DNA from: Candidatus Saccharimonadota bacterium
Lineage (GTDB): Bacteria; Bacteroidota; Bacteroidia; Cytophagales; Amoebophilaceae
NCBI RefSeq assembly: GCF_965196625.1
Contig: NZ_OZ239769.1
Span: 360,001 to 392,000, forward strand
Direction of reading: 5' to 3'
Length of the DNA: 32,000 nt
Shown: positions 24,355 to 31,399 of the stretch, piece by piece
Layout of the letters: the number at the start of each line of letters is the position of its first letter
How positions within the stretch are numbered: position 1 is the stretch's first letter
The notes under the pieces: model-generated
Database searches by the model: none
What the model was told of the DNA's origin: nothing
The model's input: the letters and a program-made list of their open reading frames with translations, nothing else
Program-made: the position numbers and the translations under genes

Positions 24355-25488
24355 TTATCCCTGAAAAAAAGATTTAATCCGTTCAAAAAAGCTCTCTTCT
24401 TTTTTATTAGGCTTTGGTATAAAGTTAGGCGAATCTCGCAGTGAAAGCAAAATGTCTTTTTCTTCTTTTGTGAGCTCTTGTGGGGTCCAGATTTGAACAA
24501 AAACCAACTGATCCCCTTTTTTGCTATAACTGTTTACATCTGGAACTCCTTTCCCTTTTAATTTGAGGACTTCGCCACATGTTGTTCCAGGTGGAATCTT
24601 AAGCCGCACTTTGCCATATATCGTAGGTACCTCCATTTCACAACCTAGTGTGGCATCTATAAAGCTAACATGTAAGGTGTAGCAAATATTATTGCCTTCA
24701 CGTTTTAAAAGATCATCTTCTTCCTCTTCTATTTGGACAATCAAGCTACCTGGCATACCACCACGGAGTGGTACGTTGCCCTTGCCGCGTAAGGTTAGCT
24801 CCATATTCTTTCTTACCCCTTTAGGTACTTGAAAGGTAATCAGATCCTCTATAAATTTTCTTCCCTCTCCACGGCAATCACTACAAGGTGTTTTAACGCG
24901 ACTACCTGCGCCACCACAACTGTTACAAACAGACTCTGTAAGCATATTACCTAGCATGGTTTGGGTCGTTTTACGGACCACACCATGCCCTTTACATGCT
25001 CCACATTTTTCTATAGCAAGTCCATTTTCTGCGCCATTTCCGCCACATGTTTCACAACTGGTATGGCGCTTTACTTTTACTTTTTTTTCCGTACCTAGTG
25101 CAATCTCTTTAAGATTTAGTTTGATGCGTATTCGTAAATCTTCACCATAATTAGATGCCCGACGTGTTCTCTTTCCGCCACCAAAAAAACTGCTAAAGGG
25201 AGAATCTTGAAATAGATCATTCAAATCGCCTTCAAAAAATTCATCTCCATAGGACCTACCCCCCCCCTGGAACCCATTTGTACCAAACTGATCATATTGA
25301 TACTTTTTTTCTGCGTTACTCAGTACATCATAGGCTTCTGTAGCCGCTTTAAACTTCTCTTCTGCTACCTTGTTTCCTGGATTTTTGTCAGGATGGTATT
25401 GCATCGCTATCTTTCGGTAGGCCTTTTTAATCTCGTCTGCAGTGGCACTACGTTCTATACCTAAAACACTGTAATAGTCTTTTTCCAT
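24355..25488 (-). CDS. dnaJ: molecular chaperone DnaJ (type I)
   Basis: The 377-aa ORF has a J domain (DYYSVLGI...YHPDKN), a G/F region and four CxxCxGxG zinc motifs (CETCGGNG, CGACKGHG, CNSCGGAG, CSDCRGEG). Its ATG directly abuts the grpE stop (TAAATG). Confidence 0.95.
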   Translation of the reverse strand: MEKDYYSVLGIERSATADEIKKAYRKIAMQYHPDKNPGNKVAEEKFKAATEAYDVLSNAEKKYQYDQFGTNGFQGGGRSYGDEFFEGDLNDLFQDSPFSSFFGGGKRTRRASNYGEDLRIRIKLNLKEIALGTEKKVKVKRHTSCETCGGNGAENGLAIEKCGACKGHGVVRKTTQTMLGNMLTESVCNSCGGAGSRVKTPCSDCRGEGRKFIEDLITFQVPKGVRKNMELTLRGKGNVPLRGGMPGSLIVQIEEEEDDLLKREGNNICYTLHVSFIDATLGCEMEVPTIYGKVRLKIPPGTTCGEVLKLKGKGVPDVNSYSKKGDQLVFVQIWTPQELTKEEKDILLSLRDSPNFIPKPNKKEESFFERIKSFFQG

Positions 25489-26214
25489 TTATACTCCAAT
25501 TATAACTTTAGCAAACCGCAACACATATTCATGGATCAGGTATCCCTTTTCTACTACTGCTACAATTTTCCCTTGCATCTCTACATCATCTACCGATTGC
25601 TGCATAATCGCTTCATGCAAATCGGCATTAAATACACTGCCCTGCGTTATCTCTATTTCTTTTACATCATACCTTTTTAAGATCCCACATAACTTATCAT
25701 AAATTAGCTTTATGCCTTCCATATGTTGCACCGCCTCTTGTGCACCTTGTAGCGACTGAATACATCGCTCAAAATCATCTACAATGGGTAACAGTTCTTT
25801 TAAGGTTTGTTCATTGGCTTTATCGGTAAAAGCGATGCGCTCTTTCGTTGCACGTTTTTTAAAATTATCAAATTCAGCATAAAGGCGAAGATATTTGTTA
25901 TTTGCCTCCATGAGTAGCGTTTGGAGTTGTTCCAATGAGCCCATATCAGAAGTAGAGATTGGCCTATGCTCGTCATCTAGCAGCGCACCGGACTGACAGC
26001 AACCGCCATGCGCAACGGGTTCTGGTTGGCTGCAACAACCAGTTTGAGCTTCTATGTCTTGCTGGCCACAGCAGCATGGTTGAGGTGTTTCCTCACCGCT
26101 ACAGCAGCATGGCTGGTAGGTTGTGTTTGCCTCATTACAGCAACCTGTTTGGTTTTTGTCTACTGGCTTATTGCAGCAACCTGTTCTGTTTGTATCTGTA
26201 TCTTGTAACTTCAT
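25489..26214 (-). CDS. grpE: nucleotide exchange factor GrpE with an unusual Cys-cluster N-terminal extension
   Basis: The 241-aa C-terminal ~150 aa is canonical GrpE: KYLRLYAEFDNFKKR, LLPIVDDFERC, G.KLIYDKL, FNADLHEA and GYL.HE.VLR.AKV. The N-terminal ~76 aa carries 14 Cys in six CC/CCC clusters. The start at 26214 is the first ATG of the ORF; an internal start at MGSLEQ cannot be excluded. Confidence 0.85.
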   Translation of the reverse strand: MKLQDTDTNRTGCCNKPVDKNQTGCCNEANTTYQPCCCSGEETPQPCCCGQQDIEAQTGCCSQPEPVAHGGCCQSGALLDDEHRPISTSDMGSLEQLQTLLMEANNKYLRLYAEFDNFKKRATKERIAFTDKANEQTLKELLPIVDDFERCIQSLQGAQEAVQHMEGIKLIYDKLCGILKRYDVKEIEITQGSVFNADLHEAIMQQSVDDVEMQGKIVAVVEKGYLIHEYVLRFAKVIIGV

Positions 26215-26235
26215 GCTTTATGGTATAATAATAAT

Positions 26236-26265
26236 GGCCTCATGAATAGGTTGTCATAAGAGGCC
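26236..26265 (-). promoter_or_regulatory. imperfect inverted repeat GGCCTC(N18)GAGGCC 21 nt upstream of the grpE start codon
   Basis: Read directly from the sequence. Six-bp GC-rich arms extend by 4 bp (atga/tcat) across a 2-nt bulge. Its position fits either an operator or 5'-UTR structure for grpE-dnaJ, or the terminator of the upstream acyltransferase gene. Confidence 0.3.
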
Positions 26266-26358
26266 TCGTTATGGAAATATAAAAGTAATGGCGCATACTA
26301 ACGCTATTGCTTATGCAATTTTTTTGCCAAATGCTTTGAATAATGCCAAATTGTCATG

Positions 26359-26958
26359 TTAGACTACCCCTTTTTCTGGATATTTACCCGGTATGGTTCG
26401 GTAAAAATCTTGAATACTGGCTATATCTTGTTCCATATTGCCTGTCAGGTAAAAAATTGGCCCCAATCCCATTTCCTTTTTGGCATAGTTGATATAGCCT
26501 AAGACAATCGGCACATTTGCTGCTTCAGCTACTCTATAAAATCCTGTTTTCCAACGTTTTACATAGCTTCTTGTTCCTTCTGGCGCAATTACGAGTAAAA
26601 GCAGCTCTGTTTGGTTGAGCATTTCCGCCATGACCGCTACCATATTGTTTTTTCTGGTTATTTGCCTTCTATCTATTGGAATGGCACCCAACATTTTCAT
26701 TAAACAGGAAAGAGGAAAAAACATTACTTCTTTTTTGATGGCAAATTTGATGGGCACATCTGGATGGCTAAGCTTACACAACATGCCATAGACAAAATCC
26801 CAATTACTGGTATGTGGTGCAAATACTATTACTGCTTTTTTACAAGCAGTTGGATGAGTGGTGTTGTTAATTTTCCAACCTAAAAGCTTGATTAGGGCAA
26901 TGGCAAGCTTTTGGGTCCAACGCTGTTTTTGATTGGTTGTGTTATATTGGGCATCCAT
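26359..26958 (-). CDS. 1-acyl-sn-glycerol-3-phosphate acyltransferase family protein (PlsC-like)
   Basis: The 199-aa ORF has the HX4D acyltransferase motif (APHTSNWDF) and the downstream motifs FPL..LMK.LGAIPIDR and IAPEGTRS. Confidence 0.7.
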   Translation of the reverse strand: MDAQYNTTNQKQRWTQKLAIALIKLLGWKINNTTHPTACKKAVIVFAPHTSNWDFVYGMLCKLSHPDVPIKFAIKKEVMFFPLSCLMKMLGAIPIDRRQITRKNNMVAVMAEMLNQTELLLLVIAPEGTRSYVKRWKTGFYRVAEAANVPIVLGYINYAKKEMGLGPIFYLTGNMEQDIASIQDFYRTIPGKYPEKGVV

Positions 26959-27089
26959 AACTTTATAGGCGTATATTTTAGATGAACGATTATAGTAATT
27001 GGGCTCAATTTAATATAAAAAAGTTAACCTGAGTGCGTTGTGCCTCCAATCGCGGGGGCTTTTTGATTGTTTTTGTAGCGATCTGTTGT

Positions 27090-27117
27090 TTTTGAAATAA
27101 AAAAATGGTAAAATTGT
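27090..27117 (+). promoter_or_regulatory. candidate Bacteroidota-type promoter for tRNA-Asn (TTTG at 27090-27093; TAAAATTG at 27110-27117)
   Basis: The -7 box has one mismatch to the TAnnTTTG consensus and ends 12 nt before the tRNA 5' end. A TTTG lies 16 nt upstream. This is pattern match only. Confidence 0.25.
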
Positions 27118-27129
27118 ACTGTTTTATAG

Positions 27130-27203
27130 TCCTCCTTAGCTCAGTTGGTTAGAGCATTTGACTGTTAATCAAAGGGTCGCTGGTTCGAGTCCAGCAGGGG
27201 GAG
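27130..27203 (+). tRNA. tRNA-Asn (anticodon GTT)
   Basis: A 74-nt cloverleaf was folded by hand. The acceptor is tcctcct/aggggga (one G-U), the D arm gctc/gagc, and the anticodon stem tttga/tcaaa with loop ctGTTaa. It has a 5-nt variable loop, T arm gctgg-ttcgagt-ccagc and discriminator G. CCA is not encoded. Confidence 0.92.
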
Positions 27204-27256
27204 CTTTTTCTTATGCAGTTGATTTTTGCATAGTAGCCTGGTTACCAGCGCTTATC

Positions 27257-28177
27257 ATGGAACAAAAATGGAAATATTTTTTGCAACAATTTGAAGCGTA
27301 TCTTCGTTTAGAACGGCTGCTTGCTGCGCATTCTATTGTAGCTTATCTTTCTGATGTAACAAAGTTTTTCCGATTTCTTCTGGGTAAAGCGGTTGGGCCA
27401 GATAGTGTTGAATCGATTCATATTCAGGAGTTTTTGGCGGCGCTACATGATGTAGGCATTAAGGCTACGAGTCAATTAAGAGTGCTTGCTGGATTGCGTG
27501 TTTTTTACAAATTTTTATGGTTGAGTGGGCATATTACTAAGGATCCCACTAAGCTTATAGAAAGTCCTCAATTAGGGCAGCATCTGCCGTCTGTATTATC
27601 TGTATTAGAAATTGAAGCCATCATTCATGCGATAGACCATTCTACACCGATTGGCATCCGAAATCGAGCCATTGTGGAAACGCTTTATGGTACAGGTGTA
27701 CGTGTTTCTGAACTCATCTCTTTAAGGGTCAGCCATCTTTATTTTGAAGAGCGCTTTATACGTGTCATTGGAAAAGGGAATAAAGAGCGTTTGATACCTA
27801 TTGGTGCGATGGCCTTGAAGTATATTAAACTTTATCTCGAGGAGGTTCGTATCGGTATGAATATAAGACCAGGCCATTTGGATACCCTTTTTCTAAACCG
27901 GCGTGGAAGCGGTTTAAGCAGGGTGATGATTTTTTTAATGGTACAGGCACTTGCTAGAAAGGCCAAAGTTGATGTGGAAGTGGGCCCCCATATTTTTAGG
28001 CACTCTTTTGCTACGCATTTAATAGAGGGAGGTGCAGACTTACGTGCCATACAGGAAATGTTGGGGCATAGTTCTATTACTACTACTGAAATATATACCC
28101 ATTTAGATAAAAACTATCTTAAACAAATTATGCAAGACTACCATCCGAGAAGTCAGCTCAATGATCTTCATCAATGA
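27257..28177 (+). CDS. xerD: site-specific tyrosine recombinase XerD
   Basis: The 306-aa ORF starts at the ATG at 27257. The track ORF beginning at 27158 runs through the tRNA gene. It has an N-terminal SAM-like domain (FEAYLRLERLLAAHSIVAYLSDV) and the catalytic residues in YGTGVRVSELISL, KGNKERLIP, HIFRHSFATHL and LGHSSITTTEIYTH. Confidence 0.85.
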   Translation: MEQKWKYFLQQFEAYLRLERLLAAHSIVAYLSDVTKFFRFLLGKAVGPDSVESIHIQEFLAALHDVGIKATSQLRVLAGLRVFYKFLWLSGHITKDPTKLIESPQLGQHLPSVLSVLEIEAIIHAIDHSTPIGIRNRAIVETLYGTGVRVSELISLRVSHLYFEERFIRVIGKGNKERLIPIGAMALKYIKLYLEEVRIGMNIRPGHLDTLFLNRRGSGLSRVMIFLMVQALARKAKVDVEVGPHIFRHSFATHLIEGGADLRAIQEMLGHSSITTTEIYTHLDKNYLKQIMQDYHPRSQLNDLHQ

Positions 28178-28219
28178 GCTGAGTAGCGTGATATAAATGC
28201 TTTTTTAGAAAAAAATAAT

Positions 28220-28227
28220 TATATTTG
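28220..28227 (+). promoter_or_regulatory. candidate -7 promoter box TATATTTG upstream of tRNA-Val
   Basis: It matches the Bacteroidota TAnnTTTG consensus exactly and ends 11 nt before the tRNA 5' end. I saw no clear -33 TTTG. Confidence 0.3.
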
Positions 28228-28238
28228 TTCTCTTAATT

Positions 28239-28315
28239 GGGTCCTTAGCTCAGCTGGTTAGAGCATCTGTTTTACACACAGAAGGCCGCAGGTTCGAATC
28301 CTGCAGGGCCTACCA
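28239..28315 (+). tRNA. tRNA-Val (anticodon TAC), 3' CCA encoded
   Basis: The cloverleaf was folded by hand. The acceptor is gggtcct/agggcct (two G-U pairs, including 1-72), the D arm gctc/gagc, and the anticodon stem tctgt/acaga with loop ttTACac. The T arm is gcagg-ttcgaat-cctgc, followed by discriminator A and then cca (28313-28315). Confidence 0.92.
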
Positions 28316-28345
28316 GAAAGTTATGCTACTAAAAATTTAAATATT

Positions 28346-28501
28346 ATGCCTGTTAGATTACAACGTAAAGCAAGAAGGAATAAGATCAAAGCAGCACAGC
28401 GCAAAGCTTCGATTAAGCGTCTGATGTTTATGCCTGCTATTAAATGTATAGATGTAGAAGCGATGCGTAAAAGTTTTACGGATCCTAAAGCCACTGCTTA
28501 G
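28346..28501 (+). CDS. small basic hypothetical protein (51 aa)
   Basis: An ATG-initiated ORF below the track cut-off encodes MPVRLQRKARRNKIKAAQRKASIKRLMFMPAIKCIDVEAMRKSFTDPKATA. It fills an otherwise empty 250-nt gap between tRNA-Val and the PPTase gene. The N-terminal half is highly basic and I recognise no family. Confidence 0.3.
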   Translation: MPVRLQRKARRNKIKAAQRKASIKRLMFMPAIKCIDVEAMRKSFTDPKATA

Positions 28502-28568
28502 ATTGAATTGGGCGCATTGCATGCAGATAAATGGTGCACCATGCCGATCGATTTAGGTATAGTCTTTT

Positions 28569-29216
28569 TTGCCTATGCCTGTGTATAGTTCTTTTACGCA
28601 TCCTTCCACTGCTTTTTACCTTCTTTGGAAGATTGAAGAAGCTTTAGAAGCTTTATACCTTCAACTACCCCCACAGTTTTTAGCTGACTTTGATCGTGAC
28701 CCTCTATTCTCTAAGGATAGGATGCGGCAATATTTGGCCGTACGGGTAGCCCTTTCCTGCTTGCTACAAAAATTAGCTTTGCCCATTTTACCCCTTTCTA
28801 AAAATCCACAAGGCAGGCCTGTTTTAGGCGATGGTATATTCCATATTAGCTTTGCACACACCCGTTATCTAGCGGCTGTAGCCTTATCTACTGCTTTTCC
28901 TATAGGCATCGATGTAGAGTTGGTTAAGCCGAGTTTACATCGCGTACAAGAAAGGTTCTTAAAAGAAAAAGAAAAGGAAGCCGCCCATAATTGTCTTGAA
29001 AAGCTAGCGATCTATTGGTCTGCTAAAGAAGCGCTCTATAAACGCTTAGATCAAGCAGCCATCTCTTCTTTTAAGGATATTTTTATAGAGCCGTTTCCGT
29101 TGCATAACCAAGGCGAGCTTGTAGCCCATTGCAATGGCAAAAAGTATGAGATGGGCTATGAACAAATGGGAGATCGATTGCTAGCGCTGCATGTTTTGGT
29201 ATACTGTAAAGATTAA
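28569..29216 (+). CDS. 4'-phosphopantetheinyl transferase, Sfp/EntD type
   Basis: The 215-aa ORF has GRPVL...ISFAHT, IGIDVE (Mg-binding) and WSAKEALYK (the W/KEA motif). Its length fits the two-domain Sfp class rather than AcpS. The start is either TTG 28569 or ATG 28575. Confidence 0.75.
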   Translation: MPMPVYSSFTHPSTAFYLLWKIEEALEALYLQLPPQFLADFDRDPLFSKDRMRQYLAVRVALSCLLQKLALPILPLSKNPQGRPVLGDGIFHISFAHTRYLAAVALSTAFPIGIDVELVKPSLHRVQERFLKEKEKEAAHNCLEKLAIYWSAKEALYKRLDQAAISSFKDIFIEPFPLHNQGELVAHCNGKKYEMGYEQMGDRLLALHVLVYCKD

Positions 29217-29236
29217 TAGCCCTGGTAAGGGTATCC

Positions 29237-29303
29237 TATTCAACTGTATGGCAAAATTATCCTAAAAATAGAAAAAACGCGCCATTGGAAAAAGTTGCGA
29301 TTG
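29237..29303. repeat. copy B of the ~65-nt dispersed intergenic repeat (partner at 21808-21872)
   Basis: tattcaactgtatggcaaaattatcctaaaaatagaaaaaacgcgccattggaaaaagttgcgattg has the same orientation as copy A. It lies in the 247-bp convergent spacer between the PPTase gene and rplI. A perfect 6-bp hairpin gcgatt-ggc-aatcgc (29297-29311) follows directly. Confidence 0.6.
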
Positions 29304-29463
29304 GCAATCGCAGCCTACAGATAAGGAATGAGTGGGGAAGGGGCCCCTATAGCTTTTATCAAAAAAAACAAAAAACAAAAAAATGATACTGCAAAAGAGT
29401 TCCTAGCAACAAACCCCCTTTCACACGCCATATGAAGCCCCAAGATTGATTATAGTAGCCCCC

Positions 29464-29907
29464 CTAAGCAGGTACTACGTTAAAATGTAATGTATAGGTA
29501 ACCGTTTCATGCAAAGTCAAAACAGCTTGATAAGCCCCTACTTGCTTAATAGGCTGCTCAATAGCTATTTTAGTATAATCTATGCCAATGCCTTGCGTTT
29601 TAAGCGATTTGGCAATTTGCAAAGGCGTTATAGAACCGAATATTTTACCCCCTTCACCTACTTTTGCAGCCACTACCACCTTAGCCGCTGTTAAAAGTGG
29701 TAAAAGCGCTTCAGCATCAGCCTTTAACTTTGATATTTTATGTGCAGCTTGTTTTGCATTTTCAAGCGCAATCTTTCTATGTACAGCATTGGCCACAACA
29801 GCAAGCCCTTGAGGAATAAGATAATTCCTAGCATAACCTGCCTTAACCGAAACGATATCGCCTTTGTTGCCTAATGTTTTATATGCACCCTTTAATATTA
29901 CTTCCAT
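29464..29907 (-). CDS. rplI: 50S ribosomal protein L9
   Basis: The 147-aa N-terminus is MEVILKGAYKTLGNKGDIVSVKAGYARNYLIPQGLAV, typical of bL9. Confidence 0.9.
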   Translation of the reverse strand: MEVILKGAYKTLGNKGDIVSVKAGYARNYLIPQGLAVVANAVHRKIALENAKQAAHKISKLKADAEALLPLLTAAKVVVAAKVGEGGKIFGSITPLQIAKSLKTQGIGIDYTKIAIEQPIKQVGAYQAVLTLHETVTYTLHFNVVPA

Positions 29908-29909
29908 CT

Positions 29910-30161
29910 TTACTTTAAATTATCTGCTACATAAGGAAGCAAAGCCAGCTGTCTAGCACGCTTTACCGCACAGGCTACTTTTTTTTGATATTTTAAACTG
30001 TTTCCACTAATGCGCCTAGGTAGTATTTTACCTTGTTCATTGAGAAACTTCATCAAAAACTCAACGCACTTATAATCGACATACTTAATGCCATACCGCT
30101 TAAAGCGACAAAACTTCTTAGTGATTGTTTTTTTTTGTATCGATTCGTTTACTAAAGTCAT
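29910..30161 (-). CDS. rpsR: 30S ribosomal protein S18
   Basis: The 83-aa ORF has CRFKRYGIKYVDYKCVEFLMKFLNEQGKILPRRISG...KRARQLALLPYV, the bS18 signature. It overlaps rpsF by 4 nt. Confidence 0.9.
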   Translation of the reverse strand: MTLVNESIQKKTITKKFCRFKRYGIKYVDYKCVEFLMKFLNEQGKILPRRISGNSLKYQKKVACAVKRARQLALLPYVADNLK

Positions 30162-30517
30162 AGCGCTACTGCTTTCTTAGGTTCTTGTTTTTCAGCATCT
30201 GACCTTCTTGCGACATTATGCGCCAATGCATGCTTATCTAAAGCAAATGTTAAAAAGCGTAGTACCTCCTCATCTCGTGCATAGGCAACCTCCAACTCCT
30301 TAATCAAGTTCGGATCACCTATAAATTCTATTAGGTGATATACGCCACTTTTTTTATGCTTTATTGGATAAGCTAATGGCTTTAAACCTATCTCCTCTTC
30401 GTGCGCTATAGTTGCATTACGCTCCACTAAAAAAGATCTATACTTATCGATAGATGCCTTTATTTGCTCACTAGAAAGGACTGGTGATAGTATAAATACC
30501 GCTTCGTAATGTCTCAT
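30158..30517 (-). CDS. rpsF: 30S ribosomal protein S6
   Basis: The 119-aa ORF begins MRHYEAVFILSP...G.KPLAYPIKHKKSGVYHLIEF, the bS6 signature. It is the first gene of rpsF-rpsR-rplI. Confidence 0.9.
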   Translation of the reverse strand: MRHYEAVFILSPVLSSEQIKASIDKYRSFLVERNATIAHEEEIGLKPLAYPIKHKKSGVYHLIEFIGDPNLIKELEVAYARDEEVLRFLTFALDKHALAHNVARRSDAEKQEPKKAVAL

Positions 30518-30717
30518 GCTATATTAAATAATTCTCAAATCACGTTATAATCCCAAATTTTGAATACGTGACAACAAGAGCAAATTTATAAAAAGAAATT
30601 GATAAAGTCAAGTTGTTTTTATAAAAATTTGTATGGCATATGATACCATACTGTATCTATCTTAAAATTTTTATAAACTTATGGCTATAATTATGCCCTC
30701 TTTCAAATTTTGCAAGC

Positions 30718-31386
30718 ATGAACATACGCATAGAATCATCCTGGAAAGATGCACTTACTGAGGAGTTTGAAAAGCCTTATTTTAAAAAGCTAGCCGATTA
30801 TGTAAGGGCCGCTTACCGAAGTGGTGTGGTCTATCCAGCAGCTAAAAACATCTTTAGGGCCTTTGCGCTTTCTACTTTTACCGATACAAAAATAGTGATT
30901 TTAGGGCAAGACCCCTATCATGGTCCAGGGCAAGCAGATGGATTGGCTTTTTCTGTTCCGCTAGGTGTTGCTTTTCCGCCTTCGTTGCGGAATATTTTTA
31001 CGGAATTGCAGGCAGATCTGGGTATTGCAAAGCCCCCATCGGGTTCATTAGAAGGTTGGGCCAAACAGGGCGTATTGTTGTTAAATGCTACGTTAACGGT
31101 AGAAGCACATAAAGCAGGTGCGCACCAAAACCAAGGCTGGGAGCTTTTTACCGATGCCGTGATACAAGCCCTTTCTAGGGGCAAGCAAAACGTGGTGTTT
31201 ATGCTATGGGGAAGTTATGCGGGGCAAAAGGAAGGGTTGATTGATGGCCAGCAACATCTTATACTGAAATCGGCCCATCCTTCCCCCTTATCTGCCCATA
31301 GAGGATTTTTGGGAAATAGACATTTTAGCAAAGCAAATGGCTATCTATTGGCCACAGGTCAAAGGCCTATTGTGTGGTACACTTAG
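30718..31386 (+). CDS. ung: uracil-DNA glycosylase (family 1)
   Basis: The 222-aa ORF has the catalytic water-activating loop GQDPYHGPGQADGLAFSV, LLLNATLTV, and the HPSPLSA leucine-intercalation loop. Confidence 0.92.
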   Translation: MNIRIESSWKDALTEEFEKPYFKKLADYVRAAYRSGVVYPAAKNIFRAFALSTFTDTKIVILGQDPYHGPGQADGLAFSVPLGVAFPPSLRNIFTELQADLGIAKPPSGSLEGWAKQGVLLLNATLTVEAHKAGAHQNQGWELFTDAVIQALSRGKQNVVFMLWGSYAGQKEGLIDGQQHLILKSAHPSPLSAHRGFLGNRHFSKANGYLLATGQRPIVWYT

Positions 31387-31399
31387 TTGGCATCGGATG

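Noticed and set aside
25959-26228. Two plus-strand ORFs (25959-26228 and 26008-26208) antisense to the grpE 5' region
   Set aside because: They are open only because the Cys-repeat segment (TGC/TGT/CAG-rich) lacks stop codons in several frames. GrpE homology continues in-frame on the minus strand. This openness does weaken the evidence that the extension is translated, as noted in the finding.
26215-26358. A CIRCE/HrcA operator upstream of grpE-dnaJ
   Set aside because: I found no match to TTAGCACTC-N9-GAGTGCTAA by eye. Only the unrelated GGCCTC/GAGGCC repeat is present.
27158-27256. The first 33 codons of the track ORF 27158-28177 (MTVNQRVAGSSPAGG...)
   Set aside because: This segment runs through the 3' half of tRNA-Asn (27130-27203). 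The conserved XerD sequence starts at the ATG at 27257, so the extension is an artefact of ORF calling.
27130-28315. A tRNA, tyrosine recombinase, tRNA arrangement that could mark an integrative element or genomic island
   Set aside because: The recombinase has the length, N-terminal domain and motifs of housekeeping XerD, not of a phage-type integrase. I found no direct repeat of either tRNA 3' end nearby, and the flanking genes are ordinary core genes.
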